64,000 nucleotides of DNA from Octopus sinensis (GCF_006345805.1 NC_042997.1:148428001-148492000); one strand, 5' to 3'. Positions 27,628-41,795 are shown, counted from the stretch's first letter. Notes: a model not told the origin generated them from the letters alone. Made by a program: numbers and translations.

Positions 27628-27779
27628 TATTTTAAAGAGAACAAAACTATTTTAGCAACCAGCTCAATGCATAGAGCACGCGTGCTTGAAAAGATGAACA
27701 GCGAAACCATTTACACTTAATACATACGATACTTAAACCTCGTTTCCAAGCAAGGTTGGTTCTCTTTCGAATATAGACA

Positions 27780-28200
27780 GCGTATTCAAATGAAAACCAG
27801 GCTCTTTTTACTAGTCAGTGATTGGTATCGAGCAATTCCGTTCACTACAACCCAGAGCCTTGCAGTTACAATGTATTATACTTTCAAATGACTAAACACG
27901 AACTACTATTGGAACGGACATACCATGTACAGGTAAATATTTTTTACCACTTCTATACATTAATTTCCTCGAATAATGGAACTGTAACTACAATAGGTTT
28001 ATATATTTTACATTTTAATTTCTATTTTCATTCTCTTATTTCCCACTTTATTCCCAATCACCTCGTTTTCCATTATAATTCGAACTCAAATATTTACCTC
28101 TATTTAACCGTCTCTGATGAAGGGATTTCCATAATATCCCAGAAACAGCTGTAAGACTATATATCTTTTACCTTATAAATGTCCTGAAAACTCCTCACAG
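27780..28200 (+). mobile_element. probable Penelope-like 3' end / pLTR
   Basis: Hammerhead at 28110-28157, preceded by a pyrimidine-rich UTR-like stretch and a very degenerate ORF end (RAIPF..LNT..GKYFL). The protein similarity is weak. Confidence 0.35.
28110..28157 (+). ncRNA. minimal type I hammerhead ribozyme
   Basis: GUCU-CUGAUGA-A-GGGAU(9 nt)AUCCC-A-GAAAC-AGCU-GUA-AGAC. Stem I GUCU/AGAC, stem II 5 bp, palindromic ACAGCUGU stem III, GUA cleavage triplet at 28151-28153. Confidence 0.75.
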
Positions 28201-28462
28201 CCTTGGCTTTGTTATCTCATTTTGTTCAATATATATGCTAATACAAGACCCACATTAAACTCCTCACTCGTATCACTATCGAACCAAGAGTTTAACTACG
28301 GTCTGTCTATAACAGTTACATAGCGTTACCACTATTTGGGTCTTCTAGATACCAATACCCCTTATATATACGATATATAATTGAAATTTACAGAAAAAAG
28401 AGGAAGGCAGGTGTATAAATAGCAAATAGGTAGTAGTTTAAACCTCCGGAAGGTGAGAAGGT

Positions 28463-28498
28463 CTTTTACATTTCGAGCTTACGCTCTTCAGCAGAAAG
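28463..28498 (-). ncRNA. degenerate minimal hammerhead ribozyme
   Basis: CUUU-CUGcUGA-A-GAGC-GUAA-GCUC-GAAA-uGUA-AAAG. Stems I and II are intact (GNRA loop); core A6 and stem III each carry a substitution. Confidence 0.55.
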
Positions 28499-28565
28499 GA
28501 ACACGAGAAAATAAACAAAGATAGAATATAAAAAAAAACTTTTGGAGCTAGTGGTCAATCATGGC

Positions 28566-28610
<45 letters not shown>

Positions 28611-28611
28611 A

Positions 28612-28643
<32 letters not shown>

Positions 28644-28753
28644 AATTTATCTATCTATCTATATGTATATATATATGCATATATATATATATATATATAT
28701 ATGTATATTTATGTATATATATATGCATGTATATATACATGTAGATGTAAGTA

Positions 28754-29579
28754 TGTACATATATGTATGTATATATGCATATATTTTATTTATCTATTAT
28801 ATTACTATATGACCGAACGCACGCGTTATTTCTCTTCTCCAAGTTTTTATTTGAATCATCACGACGCGCAATCTTTGACCTTTCCTCCCTGCCTGTCTGT
28901 CTTTCTCTCTACTTGTCTCTCTCCTTCTTATTTTTCACCCTTTCTGGTTTCTTTCCCCTCTCTCTCCTCCTCCTCCTGACCAGAGGGTTGCTAAAACTTT
29001 CTTTATTTTTCACCCTTTCTGGTTTCTTTCCCCCCCCTCTCTCTCTCATCTCTCCTCCTCCTCCTCATCCTCCTGACTAGAGGGTTGCTAAAACTTTCTT
29101 TCAGCTTCGTCCTTCAACAAGTATAGATCGCCTTCTGTCCTTCGTAAGCCGATTTTTCACATGCGTTCTAACTAATTTTTCCACCGTCCAGGCAAAAAAA
29201 GCCCTTATTGTCTGTTTCCTGTCCTGTTTCTTTATTGTACTGTTTTCTTTATTTTCTTCATTTGTATTGGTTTTTCTTCATTTGTATTGTTTTTTCTTCA
29301 TTTGTATTACTTTTACGTCCAGTTTTTGTCACTTGTTTTACCCCTCTGCAAAAGAATTGTATTTAATTCCTTCTGCATGAAGGACTGCTTCGACTGTGTT
29401 CTGTCCTTACTTTCGAAAGACATTTGAGTTGAAACAGAGACAGCTGATGAAGGGGAATTTTCCTTGTATTGTTTGTCCTGTACTCTGTTTTTTTCGTTGT
29501 TTAAAAAAAGTCCGCTTCCTTGTTTGATTTTATGTCCTCGTCTCTCGTTGTGTTCTACGTTTATTTGTGGTGTCTTGTA

Positions 29580-29621
<42 letters not shown>

Positions 29622-29736
29622 ATGCTGTATATATACATGTAAGTGTACATATATGTATGTATATATGCATATATTTTATTTATTTATTATATTACTATAT
29701 GACCGAACGCACGCGTTATTTCTCTTCTCCAAGTTT
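28754..29736 (+). repeat. 93-bp direct repeats (28754-28846, 29644-29736) flanking a ~800-bp pyrimidine-rich insert
   Basis: The repeats differ at 1 position and are 890 bp apart. The insert has an internal tandem duplication (28927-29003 / 29004-29100) and three ttttcttcatttgtatt units. Confidence 0.85.
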
Positions 29737-30336
29737 ATATATATATATATATATATGTGAATGTGTATGATTTTATCGTGTCTGAGTATGTATATATGTA
29801 TGTATATGGAATTATGCAGTACTTGCAGTGAAAGAACCAACAATTCAGTTCTTATATTGCGAATATTGGTAAAGTGCTGTTGTAAGCAATAAATCTTCAA
29901 AAGTGCTTTGAAATCACATACACACGCACAAAAATGAATGCACACAGTATCATGGACATTCGCAAAAATACACACACACAAGTGTATTCGCTTGTGTATA
30001 TATGTGCAGCATGTTATATTTTTTATTAATAGTATTTAAAAATGAGATTTCCTTTGTTTTCTCAACACGCTACTTGTTCCTATATGATACTGTATTTTTA
30101 ATGTGTTTATCTTCGTTGATATATTTCGTTTCTTTGGAACTATATGGATATATCTATTCGTCTAGTGAAATGTGTTTCTCAAAACGATGAGCAAAACATA
30201 TAGCTCTTATATTTCTTATCTCAAGTATCGATCATACAGTAATAGGCAGCCAATCTTATAAGTGGTACGTAGAAGGTGATGAAATAAAATAATAGATACA
30301 AACGTATCAAAAAGACTAAGATTGTGTCTGTCAGAA

Positions 30337-30376
<40 letters not shown>

Positions 30377-30734
30377 TGAGTGAGTGAGTGAGAGAGACAG
30401 AGAGAGAAATGAGAGAGAGGTTAGGGATAGAGGGTGAGAGAGAGGGGAAACAGAAAAGCTCAGTGAGGAGGAAATACAGAAAGATAGAGAGAGAGAGAAA
30501 GAGAGAGAGAGAGTGGGGGAACGAAAGAGAGAAAGACAGATAGAACGAAAATTTGTGTCTATGTAAGCAAATATTGTTAAACAAATTTATCAGATTTATA
30601 TGCATAGATTGAATAATAAAAGTATATAAAACAATAATATGTACCTCTGTGTGTGTATACATATATAAATGCACATATATAAACACATATGTTTTTTTTC
30701 TTTTACGTCTTACTTTTTTATCCAGAAGGGGAGG

Positions 30735-31620
30735 CCATGCTGTGGCACTGTCTTTAGTGGCATTGATTTTCTTTCCGCTATTGTTTCTTCGGAAGTAGCA
30801 AGTTCCATGGAACTACTATTCTTTGTGTCGCCGGCCACGATGAGGGTCCATCCAGTATCTCTGACAAAAATTCATCGAAACGTACCGGGAAAACCTCTTC
30901 GCCTACACCGCGTAGATGTCTGAAGTTATTTTGGTTGAATGATGAAAGTTTGTGTGCCGTTAAGCCAAAATTGTTACAATACTGTAACCTTATAATAAAT
31001 AGAGAAGACAGGATCATTGGTACTATGCAGTATCCTCCAGTTCCGTGGTTGGTATAGCTTTCAATTCCAAAGTTAGGAGCTAGATATTTAGGGTCCCCCA
31101 TATGCATTTCACTGGGTATTTTCGCTTCAACACTCTCGGCGTATATTCTCAGACCCTTTAGCTTCTCCCATTTGCTCATTTGTTGCACCAAATCGATCTT
31201 GTATAGTGGCACGGGGTTGCCATGAGCTGTGTTATGAGTTCGACGCTCTGCGTCTACAGTTGTTTGGAGCAATAATACTTGTTCCTAGTTTTCAATGATT
31301 TGAGAACGCAACCAGGTATTCAATTCACGCTATTGCTATTGCGGTAATATACACATGGAATGTTGCATGGATACTCATGTGAATTCCCGGGTCACGCATT
31401 GACTCTGATTCTGGAATTGCATTGCTGCTAGTCTTGTGTATTCCGCTTGTGTTCTGATTGTGAGTTGATCGTAGTCCTTGAAACTTCTTAGCATTCAACT
31501 GCATGTTAATTTCATCAATCCACTTGTATACTTCATTCAGGTCTTTCGGTGGATTTCGAGCCATCAGAGTCCTTGATCGCTTTCGATAAATGAACTAATG
31601 CTGGTAGTAGCGGCTGCCTT
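30735..31620 (-). mobile_element. CR1-clade LINE 3' fragment
   Basis: DLNEVYKWIDEINMQLNAKKFQ..ESMRDPGI..WEKLK.LRIY..LAPNFGIESYTN..FDEFLSEILDGP; frameshifted. Confidence 0.88.
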
Positions 31621-31716
31621 GGTTTCCTGCTAAAAAATTTTTTAGATTGATCATTCTTTTAGAGATCCTTTTTTAAAATTATATTTCATGTATATTCTCA
31701 ACACCGAAACCTACAT

Positions 31717-31717
31717 A

Positions 31718-31787
<70 letters not shown>

Positions 31788-31866
31788 TTATCTATTATGT
31801 ATGTATGTATGTATGTATGTATGTATGTATGTATGTATGTATCTATCTATCTATCTATCTATCTAC

Positions 31867-31938
<72 letters not shown>

Positions 31939-31940
31939 TT
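31717..31940. repeat. (ATCT)n/(ATGT)n compound microsatellite
   Basis: Read directly from the sequence. Confidence 0.95.
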
Positions 31941-33226
31941 ATCGATCTGTCTACCTATTTTCTACTCGTCTTCCTATCATTTTCTCTCAATTCCAACCTT
32001 CCACTCACTTTCTCTACCTAACTTTTCCTTCTTCTCCGTCTAAATTTCGTACGTTGTTTCCATCCATCTATATTACAATCATTGCCATCTTCCTCTTAAC
32101 CATCCATCTTTGCATCATTCCATCCATTCATCATTCTTTCTATCTTTGTATTTACCCTTTTCTTATTCCTTCCTTTCCTTCTCGGTTTAACTCCTTACCT
32201 TCACTCGCCCCTTTTTTTTTTGTTACTTTTTCACCAATTCCTTCTCACAGGTCCTTTTTTCCTTTTCACCTTCTAAGGAGTATTTTTGTATTGACTGTTT
32301 AAATGTCAGTCACATCTTTTGCAGTTCATTGTCCTTTTAAATATTTTTCTCAAGTTTGAAATTAACACTTATAAGTGTCACTTCTCACAACCTGTCACGA
32401 ATTCGAAAGACATTCTATGTACACATTTATATATTGATTTGATTAATTTCATTTACTTGTTATCCTTACAACTCCTCTTTATTTAGCATTCTTTCCCTGG
32501 CACCTACTTTTCTGTTGTCATTCAGATTGCATTAGCAAGTTTCTGTAATTATTATCCCTCCCCCGTCTATTTCCCTCAGAAGTTCACAATTGCTGACGTC
32601 AATAAATTGGAAACTATCGTCAGCATATGTCGAAATTTTGATGATGTATGATCGACAATTCCGCAAATGTAAAGCGCGCATATCTTCGGTTGCGCATGCG
32701 TCCGTATTTGTACGAGCTTGTGTGTATATGCAGGAGTATTTATATGTCTGCATGCATGCATGGATGTGTTGCATGCATGTGTGTGCCTGTGTGTCTGTGT
32801 GTGTTTGTACATGTGTGTGTGTTTGTACATGGTTCTGTGTGTGTGTATAAATTTCGGTCATGGATATGAATTTATTCCTGGTGGCGGAATTCTCTTCTGC
32901 AGCGCACAGGGTTTCGTAAGAATTACTTTTACGGAAGACTAACAATGCCTACACAGTTTTGCCTTCTCCCTCCACACCAACAATGAAGTGCAACGGCAAG
33001 GCATGTCCGATTCAGATTGGTATTTCTGTCAGGAGGCAAAACGACGAAAGAAATGCTGCAAAGCATGACATCTCCCGCTCCAGAAATTCCTCTAATCGAA
33101 TGCCTGTTATTTTACGTTTATATATTTTTCCTTTACACAAACAGGATATACATATATAATATATGTCTATATACATGTGTTTGTAAATATATAAATACAT
33201 TTCTCACTCTCCTCCTCCTGTCCCTT

Positions 33227-33290
<64 letters not shown>

Positions 33291-33338
33291 TACATATATA
33301 TACATATGTGTATATATATACATATATATATATATACC

Positions 33339-33369
<31 letters not shown>

Positions 33370-33504
33370 ATATGTATATATATATATATATATATGTATG
33401 CATAGTTAGAGATATACGTATGTGTATTTATTTAGAAATCAATGCGATTGTACGTGTTTGCGTGTGTGGGTGTATACATGTGTATGTGTTAATAATCATT
33501 TTTA

Positions 33505-33640
33505 CTATTGGCACGAAACCTTAAAAATTTGGCGCAGGAGCTCAACTCCGAAAAAGATAAAAGGCAAAATCCACCTCGGCTAAATTTGAACTCTGAACGC
33601 AAAGGCGGAGGAAATGTGTTTAAGCCAGTTAGCCACCTTC
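33505..33640 (-). mobile_element. SINE family A (very degenerate)
   Basis: aaaggcaaaatccacctcggctaaatttgaactctgaacg matches the family-A core in minus orientation. Confidence 0.6.
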
Positions 33641-33919
33641 TGCATGTTAATAATGAACTGAAGAAAAAGAAAAGCATTTTAGTTTCTGAGCGTCATTTAA
33701 AACAAATTATTTTTCTATTTTTTTACGGACCGGCATATTAAAATGTCTTAGGCCTTTGTCTTTCACCCTATCAGTGTCCCTGAATAGTGGAGTGGATATA
33801 TCGACTGCTTATTGCTCAACGTTTCCTCAATTAGAGACTCTTATTATGAGCGATATACATCACGACTAAGAAAATATGTCATTGGTTTATTCGTAAGTCT
33901 CTTGGTATATTATATTTCA

Positions 33920-34560
33920 CTTATATTTTCTAAGCAATGTCCGAGTCTGTATTTGCTTTCCGGCAATGTTTATTCAGACGCATTTTGTGATGTCGGGCGC
34001 AAAAATACCTTAGGCTAAGCCTGAAAGCAATGAAGTCATAAAAGAGTCATCCATAACTTGCAGTAAGCAACATTTATTAAAATAAAAGTATTCAGAACAT
34101 AGAATAACATGTAACAAAAACAATTTGCAAACATATTAACATTCCCATATAACAGGTAAGAACATCACCATTATTATATTAAGGCGGCGAACTGGCAGAA
34201 ACGTTAGCACGCCGGGCGAAATGCGTAGCCGTATTTCGTCTGTCGTTACGTTCTGAGTTCAAATTCCGCCGAGGTCGACTTTGCCTTTCATCCTTTCGGG
34301 GTCGATAAATTAAGTACCAGTTACGCACTGGGGTTGATATCTGTCCTTGTTTGTCCCCTCTGTGTTTAGCCCCGCGTGGGTAGTAAAGAAATAATTATTA
34401 TATTACGCATAACGCGGAAGTGTTTATTCGACTATGTGATGCTAGCTTAATTACGCACGACTCAAGTTAGAGGAGTGCGTATTATACACAATGTTTAGGC
34501 TTTTCACTGGTACATACCCCTAAAAATCCCCTGCGTATTTCACTTATAAGGCTGCATAAC
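33920..34560 (-). mobile_element. second, end-degraded copy of the Tc2/pogo-like MITE, interrupted by a SINE
   Basis: Inverted homolog of about 54050-54450; 33920-34135 is visibly highly similar to 54238-54450. Confidence 0.8.
34182..34393 (+). mobile_element. young-looking full-length SINE family A with 12-bp TSD
   Basis: aggcggcgaactggcagaaacgttagc head, ctgagttcaaattccgcc B-box, gcctttcatcctttcggggtcgataaattaagtaccag core. TSD attattatatta at 34170-34181 and 34394-34405. Confidence 0.93.
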
Positions 34561-36827
34561 AAGCGCAAATTTTTCACTCAGAATATAATTAAAAAACACA
34601 ACATTAATAAATGTTAATATTACCATATTAATATGTTATATACTTGTACTAAAATGTTAAAGCTAATATACTTTAATAGATTTGTAAGTACTGTAAGGTT
34701 AAATAAAAACAAAATGTGGTATTGAAATTGATTTATATTTATATACTTATTAAAATTTCTCAAATACAAAAAGAACATCTGCTTCAGATAATTTGAATTA
34801 ATATATTATTCAAGTGTAGAGTGGTGACGTAGATGATTTATTAAAAAGTTAAATATTCCAAACTTAAGTTAAAAACGTAAGTATAATTTACGTGAAAAGT
34901 TAAGCGGAAAATTGAATTGGTAAAATCTATAGGAAACTTACGTCATCAAATTATGGATCTATTGAAGGTCTTTGAGATATTTAATTCAAAATTCTTTCAG
35001 TTGCGATTCTATAATTTTTGTTTTCTTATGCTTGAAATTTCAGATGTATTCAAAAGAGATCTTCCTATAAATCAATATGTTGAAAGGGAACTTCAGTGGA
35101 AAGATAATTTTGAAATCGGAAATAGTGATTCGAAATCAAATAAAATAAAGGACTAAAATAATAAGGACGAATTACTAAAAGTTTTCTTTTTCTATTGAAT
35201 TTCGATGCAAGCAATAGTGGGGATCATAGACCCGCACGTAATACATAAGTGTATACACATATGCATTACTATGTGTAAGTATGCGCTCACTTACACATAG
35301 ACATGTATAAATGTAAATGCACATATGCCCCCAGAAACACACACACACAATACACACACATGAACGTGTATGTATATATGCGTGGGTTAGATTTGGTGTA
35401 ATACAAAAGTGGGTATAATTTGCTTCTATTACCCGAAAGAAGTGTAACGTGTGAGCAGAATAGCTCTACCTTTATTGTAACTCCTTCGGCTTTTCTTCAT
35501 TGCAGGCGAATAATAGGATCCAAGCAGAGGCGTTAAGGTATCATTGAATTCATGACGGAGAAAAAGTACAGGCTGTTCGGCTTCTCCTGAAAGCGCTACA
35601 GATGGTTTACAAGAATGACTCATTTGACAGTGTAAAGGTTAATCTGACAACGCGTAGAATTTGGAAGAGCAAGAATTTCTCTAGGAACACATGCAGTTTA
35701 AGCAACAAAATCATTAAAATAAATTATGCATACAATGCATTTCTTTAAGCCCAAACATGTGACTACAAGTGAGTACACGTGTGTAAAAATCTGTAAAACT
35801 TTTAAGAAATTTGGCATTTAAATATATATGAGCAGGTCTAGATATGCAACTATATGCAAGAAAATACATACAGAGATCAAAACACACAAATCTGCACACA
35901 TACATACATGCGTACAAACATGCATACATATATACATACATACATACATACATGCATACATACATACATACATACATACATACATACATACATACATACA
36001 TACATACATACATACAAAAATACCTTAGTGTTGATGTTGAAATTTCGGTGAAGGGGGTTAGAAATTGGATCTTTCTCTATTGGCAAGAAATCTTGAAATA
36101 AAACTGAACAGTGACACCCCACCCCCACGCACACATACCCACACCCACACACTCACGTGTATATACATATACATTTATAGTTATGTTATATTATATTAAG
36201 AATGTACATGTATACCTACATCATTTGATATATACATCTGGATATAAGCTTTTATGTCTATGTGTGTGCGTTTCTTGTCTGGGATGCGTGCGTGTGTCTG
36301 TATGCAATATGATTGCAGACTGTAGTAAAATAAGATATCAAAATATTTAGCCCTTAGTATTATTATTCAGTGAGAACGAAAGATATAGAACATTCCAGCC
36401 GAAGTCAGTTATTTAGCTGGGACTTAGTCGTGTTGGCGAAATCAAAATTAACTGCTAAAATTAAGTGCTAAAATGCAGATTTTATGAAAGTAAAAACACC
36501 CAACATTTTTAGATCTTACGTTTTGTATTTATGTGAATATTAATGCTAGTTCATTGGAAATATAAAATAAATATATATATGAAATCTATATCAGCACATA
36601 ATCAAAGTGTCATACTTTCGATATATGAGATTTTAACTATATTATTAATACGTCCATTGTTCGTCGATATATAGTAACTATCAAATTTTATAGCCTCATT
36701 TTCTAACAGAACAGAATCAAGATTTATTCCATTGTTTTCGCCTCAAAATTCTCGTATATTGTAAAACATCTGCGCAAGAACGCGTATACAAGAGTGCAAT
36801 GTCTATAATACTATATTGTTATAGTTA

Positions 36828-36899
<72 letters not shown>

Positions 36900-39800
36900 T
36901 ACATATACCTATAATATATTTATGTACAACAGTGTTATAATTATATGAATATATACTGAAATTTGCTTATACGCACATACATACACACATACACTCACAC
37001 ACTCGCACATACACACATATACAATATACATTTATTAAAATACATATATTTCTTTCTTCCTATATATCTCTATAAAGAAATCTATACATACACTCTGATT
37101 CTTTTTATTGGAGCGGTGAATATATTTTACAGTAGTACAGTAATTTCAAATGTGATTTATTATTTTTTTTTTAGGTATTTAGTCTAAAACTCAATTTAAC
37201 CATACTATGTAAAATTCGTGATGCGTTTTTATATAACTAACTTTTAGTTGTGCCAACTAATAAAAAGACTTATATGACCAGTGGAAAGATGTTTTCCTGG
37301 GGCTAAAACAACAGTAACATCGTCCTTTACAGGACTGCCACGTTACTATGTTTCGTTTGTTTTTCGAAATAGTAGCATACTTAGAGCATACACAGAGACA
37401 CCAATTTAGTTCTAACCAAGTTTATGTACACAGTGAATGTGAACGGCAAGTTTGCCAAGAAGTTGATCTCAAGTGCTTAGATTTTCGCATAATGTTTGCC
37501 TACTCCACCCTCGTGTCAAGTGTGGTCGATGCCGAGAAGGTTTCTCTTGACATCTAATGAGAATATGCTTGGTGTTGACGCAATATAAGGAGAAAGACAG
37601 GTATGGATGTGCTCAGCTCGCAAGACAGTGACGAATAAATTAACGGTAGCAAATGATGATAGTAAATCTGTGTGCCAAACTGGGAACGTGCTTGTGTGTG
37701 ACCTGAGTGTTCACATATCCTTTTGTACGATGCACCTTAAATGTTTGACGTCAAAGTCCAGTTCCACTTTAGAAATAGGAGATTGATTTAATCTGGTTCC
37801 CAGTTGTACTTTGTAAATGGTCAGTAGATGTTAGTGAGTGAACCATGATCTTTGGTTACCGAAAAGAAATGGAAATATTTCTGATGCACATCTATGCAAT
37901 ACTTGTAAGTGCATATAAAAGGTCGGTCATCTACGGTCACTAATAAATCTAACATTTGTACATACATTTTATATTCTTACGCTTTAGGAAGATATTTTTT
38001 TCTGGTATTTGTGTTCATTCTGATTTTCTTATTGTTGAACAAGTCAAAATTGCTACACACCTATCAAGAAATGCTTTCTTTTCTGTTGTTTATGTCAGAT
38101 CGATAAGAATTGTGAATGCTTATTGCCAAATGCAAGATCATCCCTTAATTTTTCTATATGCAGTCTAATATCACATTATTTAACCTGTTCTTTCGAAAGG
38201 CGCTAGAGCGAGAACTAAGAAAGTTTTAGCTGTGAATTAAGCAAGTCAAAAGACAAGTATACTTAATTGGTTTTATGGTTTCGAGATCTCAGTTAATTCT
38301 GTATTTTAACGCGATATATATAGTCGGTTACAATAATTATCTTAAGATTTTGTAAGTCGGTACTTGAAGGGAAGACAGGACAACGGCGAGATTTTCTTAG
38401 AGTCGACTATTGAAAACGGAAAAAACAAAGAACAGTGATTTGGTGATTTTGTGGGAAATTGATCATAGCAGAGACCGCGGAAATAGAAGTGACTATTAAG
38501 ACTGGAAAATGTACGTGGAGCTAGTACAACCATAAGCAGCTTCGGGAGTTAGAGACCACTATAGTATCGGTAGAAAAAGCTGATAGAGGACAGAGTTGTC
38601 TGTTTGTGTACGCAAGCAGCTCTCCCAATGTGGTGCGAGCCATATACCATTCTTTGTCTCAACTGAGCTTCAATGATTATTATAAGCTGAAATTCGCCGG
38701 GACATTTCTTCGATTGAGACTCAGCAAATAGAAGACGTCTGAGCGCTCTAGCTGAATGCTGCTCATGGTCATGTACGCGTCGTGTGATGATCTTTTCTTC
38801 ATATGAATAGCGTTTTTTTTTCTTGCTGATGGAAGAGACAAACCTATTCGAGGTTGATTTCGCGGGTTCTGTTCATAAGACCACTGTGGGCTTAATGCTT
38901 TGTTCACGTATAGGAATATAGCATTTTACATGATCACTACCCTGAACAAATATTTCATTGATAAAAGGCATGACTGTAAAGTAATATCAATGATTGCGTT
39001 CTGTTTCTGCAAATCTAAAGATATGTTGTAGTGAAGTAAAAATTCTCTCCACTACTTTTCTTCGATTATAATTGCATAAAATCTGAGCAATGGATATTTG
39101 ATACAGGCACTAATACATGTCAGAGTAATAATATCAAAGTAAGTTTAAATGACTGAGGTATGAACAAATACATAAAATTGGATACATCCAATAACGTATC
39201 CGCATTTTTAATACATAAATATAAACCTATCTATACTGCACGAAGTTTCTCTTTGATAATAGTTATATCAAAGTTAGAAATCAGTATTCATGTTTTTCTG
39301 TCTGTATATTCTATTTCGTTTATGGCTTAATTGCTATCATATTGGTTAGCAGCAAATGATCGGAATGTTCCCAGAAGAATCTAAATATAATCAAATATTA
39401 AGAATAAACAAGATCACATGTACATGTGAATATGATTCTTCATGAAATATGAATATTTTTTATTTTTTATTATAATGTCCATATTAATTATATCGTTATT
39501 TTATGTTCAGTGCAGAAACCGCATTCAAGTGTATTGATGTAACTGAAATATATTGTTTCAATCGACATATCGTTTCGCCCAAAATTGGAAGCCTACCATC
39601 CCAAAGTTCCTGGTTTCTAACAAGAGGAAACCAGTGACAAAATGCAGAATTATCCGGAACAGATAACGTAAAGCATTTTGTACGTCACTCTAAAGGTTCT
39701 ATCATTCTATCTCTTTGGACAGGTACTTTATTTCTCGACTACTGAATATTCAGAAGCAAATTTCACCAGTGTGATATTTACTCATTGAGAGAGAAATGGT

Positions 39801-40699
39801 AGCTGGAACATTTACATGCAATACTTTCCATCAGAGTGATCTAACTAAATTTTTGCTTAAATTTATATATTCTTATATTCTTTCATAGATATTATTTTTA
39901 AAAAACTGTCATATATTCTAAAAGATTCAAGAAAATCAATTTTATGATCTTAAGTTTTCTGGTTTTTTTCCCACCTTTTTACAATTAAACATGTCTTTGA
40001 AAATTAACACATCTTGGCGTATGTATACTTGTGTATATATTTCAGATTGCAGTATTTTGAAAAGTCTTCAGAAACCGAAGCAGTAATTTCAGTAGTTATA
40101 GAGTTTATGATATTCTTGCTGCCACCTGTATTCTAAATTTTCAAACGACAATATTTATATCAGGTACGGAACATATGTAGTTTACATTAATTAATTACAG
40201 AGAACGCAGAGGTTATTGAATTTAACATAGGTTTCGAGGAACGTTACCAGGATTTTGTTTCGCTATTTGTACATCTGGATTATGGAATGATATACGATAT
40301 TTCATGGCATGTTAAAGACGAGCGACATTAAATGTTGTTGGTTCCATTTGATCATCCTTAATTAAATATCTACTACCGTTCAACAAATATATGTTGCTGA
40401 ATATAAAAACTCGAAAACAACCATTTATCATTCTGGATGTAATTTGGTAAATATAACTAGTTACGAAAGTAAAAATAATATATATCATTTAGCAGAGTTT
40501 TGGTGAAACTATACAATGCAGGTGAAAATATTTCGGAATAAAATGATTTGTTTGTTAAATCAAAAGTTAAGTTTATAGAAATTATTGAAACAGAGGGTAG
40601 GTTTTCACTAATATATTGAAGAGAAATGCCAACAAATACATATACAAGTATACATATACATATAATGTACATATGTACACGCACACACACACACACACT

Positions 40700-40791
<92 letters not shown>

Positions 40792-41334
40792 TGTATGTAT
40801 GTATGTATGTATAAAACAAAGCAAAGTTTAAGGTACCGCACGAGTGGAAATATAAATGGAAATTTTCAAAATGCAATTTAAAACTGTTTATTGACTTGAC
40901 CAGTTTCACGTTTTTTAGAACAGGATTGTCAAAAGTAAAATGTAAAATTTTGTATAAGCTTTTTTGTGTTATGTACTGGTTATCACAAGATTATTAAAAT
41001 AGAGTTATACATTCTTTGATAATAATAAGAAAATGTTAAAAATAGTTTACAAGAAAATATCTAAGAAATTATTCAGAACGGGACTACAAAAGTATTATGT
41101 GTTCAACAAAAATCATGTTTGCTTGGTACTATATATATATGCACAGAAGGAGATATATTTAAGAATTTACAAAAAATTGCAGAGGAATAGCTGATCTGTC
41201 TTTCTGACATTTTTTCTCCTGTGTGTTGCTAAAAAATGTTTAGTATTCTGAGGGAAAGCGTCGAAGGTTGGTTACCTACACACAAGACAAAATATGTCAG
41301 AAAGAAGTCTTTGAAATTGCATTTTCCAACCTTC

Positions 41335-41405
<71 letters not shown>

Positions 41406-41430
41406 TATATTTCCTCTAGAGAATTTCCTT

Positions 41431-41473
<43 letters not shown>

Positions 41474-41654
41474 CACATATATATGTACACACACATATAT
41501 ATATATATATATACTTATGTAAATATATATATGTATATATACATATATTTATATATACAAATATACATTTGCATATACACGCACATATATACATATACAC
41601 ATATATATATGTACACATTTATATAAGTACACATATACACAGATAGTCTAAGAT

Positions 41655-41795
41655 GTCGCTGTATGGTAAGTACCTTGCTTACCAACACATGGTTCCGTGT
41701 TTAGTCCCTTGGGCAAGGGTCTTTTACTATAGCCTCGGGCCAACCAAAGCCATGTGAGTAGATTTGGTAGACGGAAACTGAAAGAAGCTCGTCGC

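Noticed and set aside
29431-29460. GAAAC followed by CUGAUGA as a possible permuted hammerhead
   Set aside because: There is no UH triplet or stem I/III between the two motifs and no GAAA closing a stem II downstream; only half a core.
32616-32627. YADD in the minus-strand ORF 32532-32945 (KISTYADDSF)
   Set aside because: No other RT motifs on either side; could be chance or an unrecognisably decayed LINE.
35506-35537. Possible 32-nt exon (ttttcttcattgcag acceptor, AAG/gtatca donor; ANNRIQAEAL)
   Set aside because: Too short to identify, weak donor, and no partner exons found.
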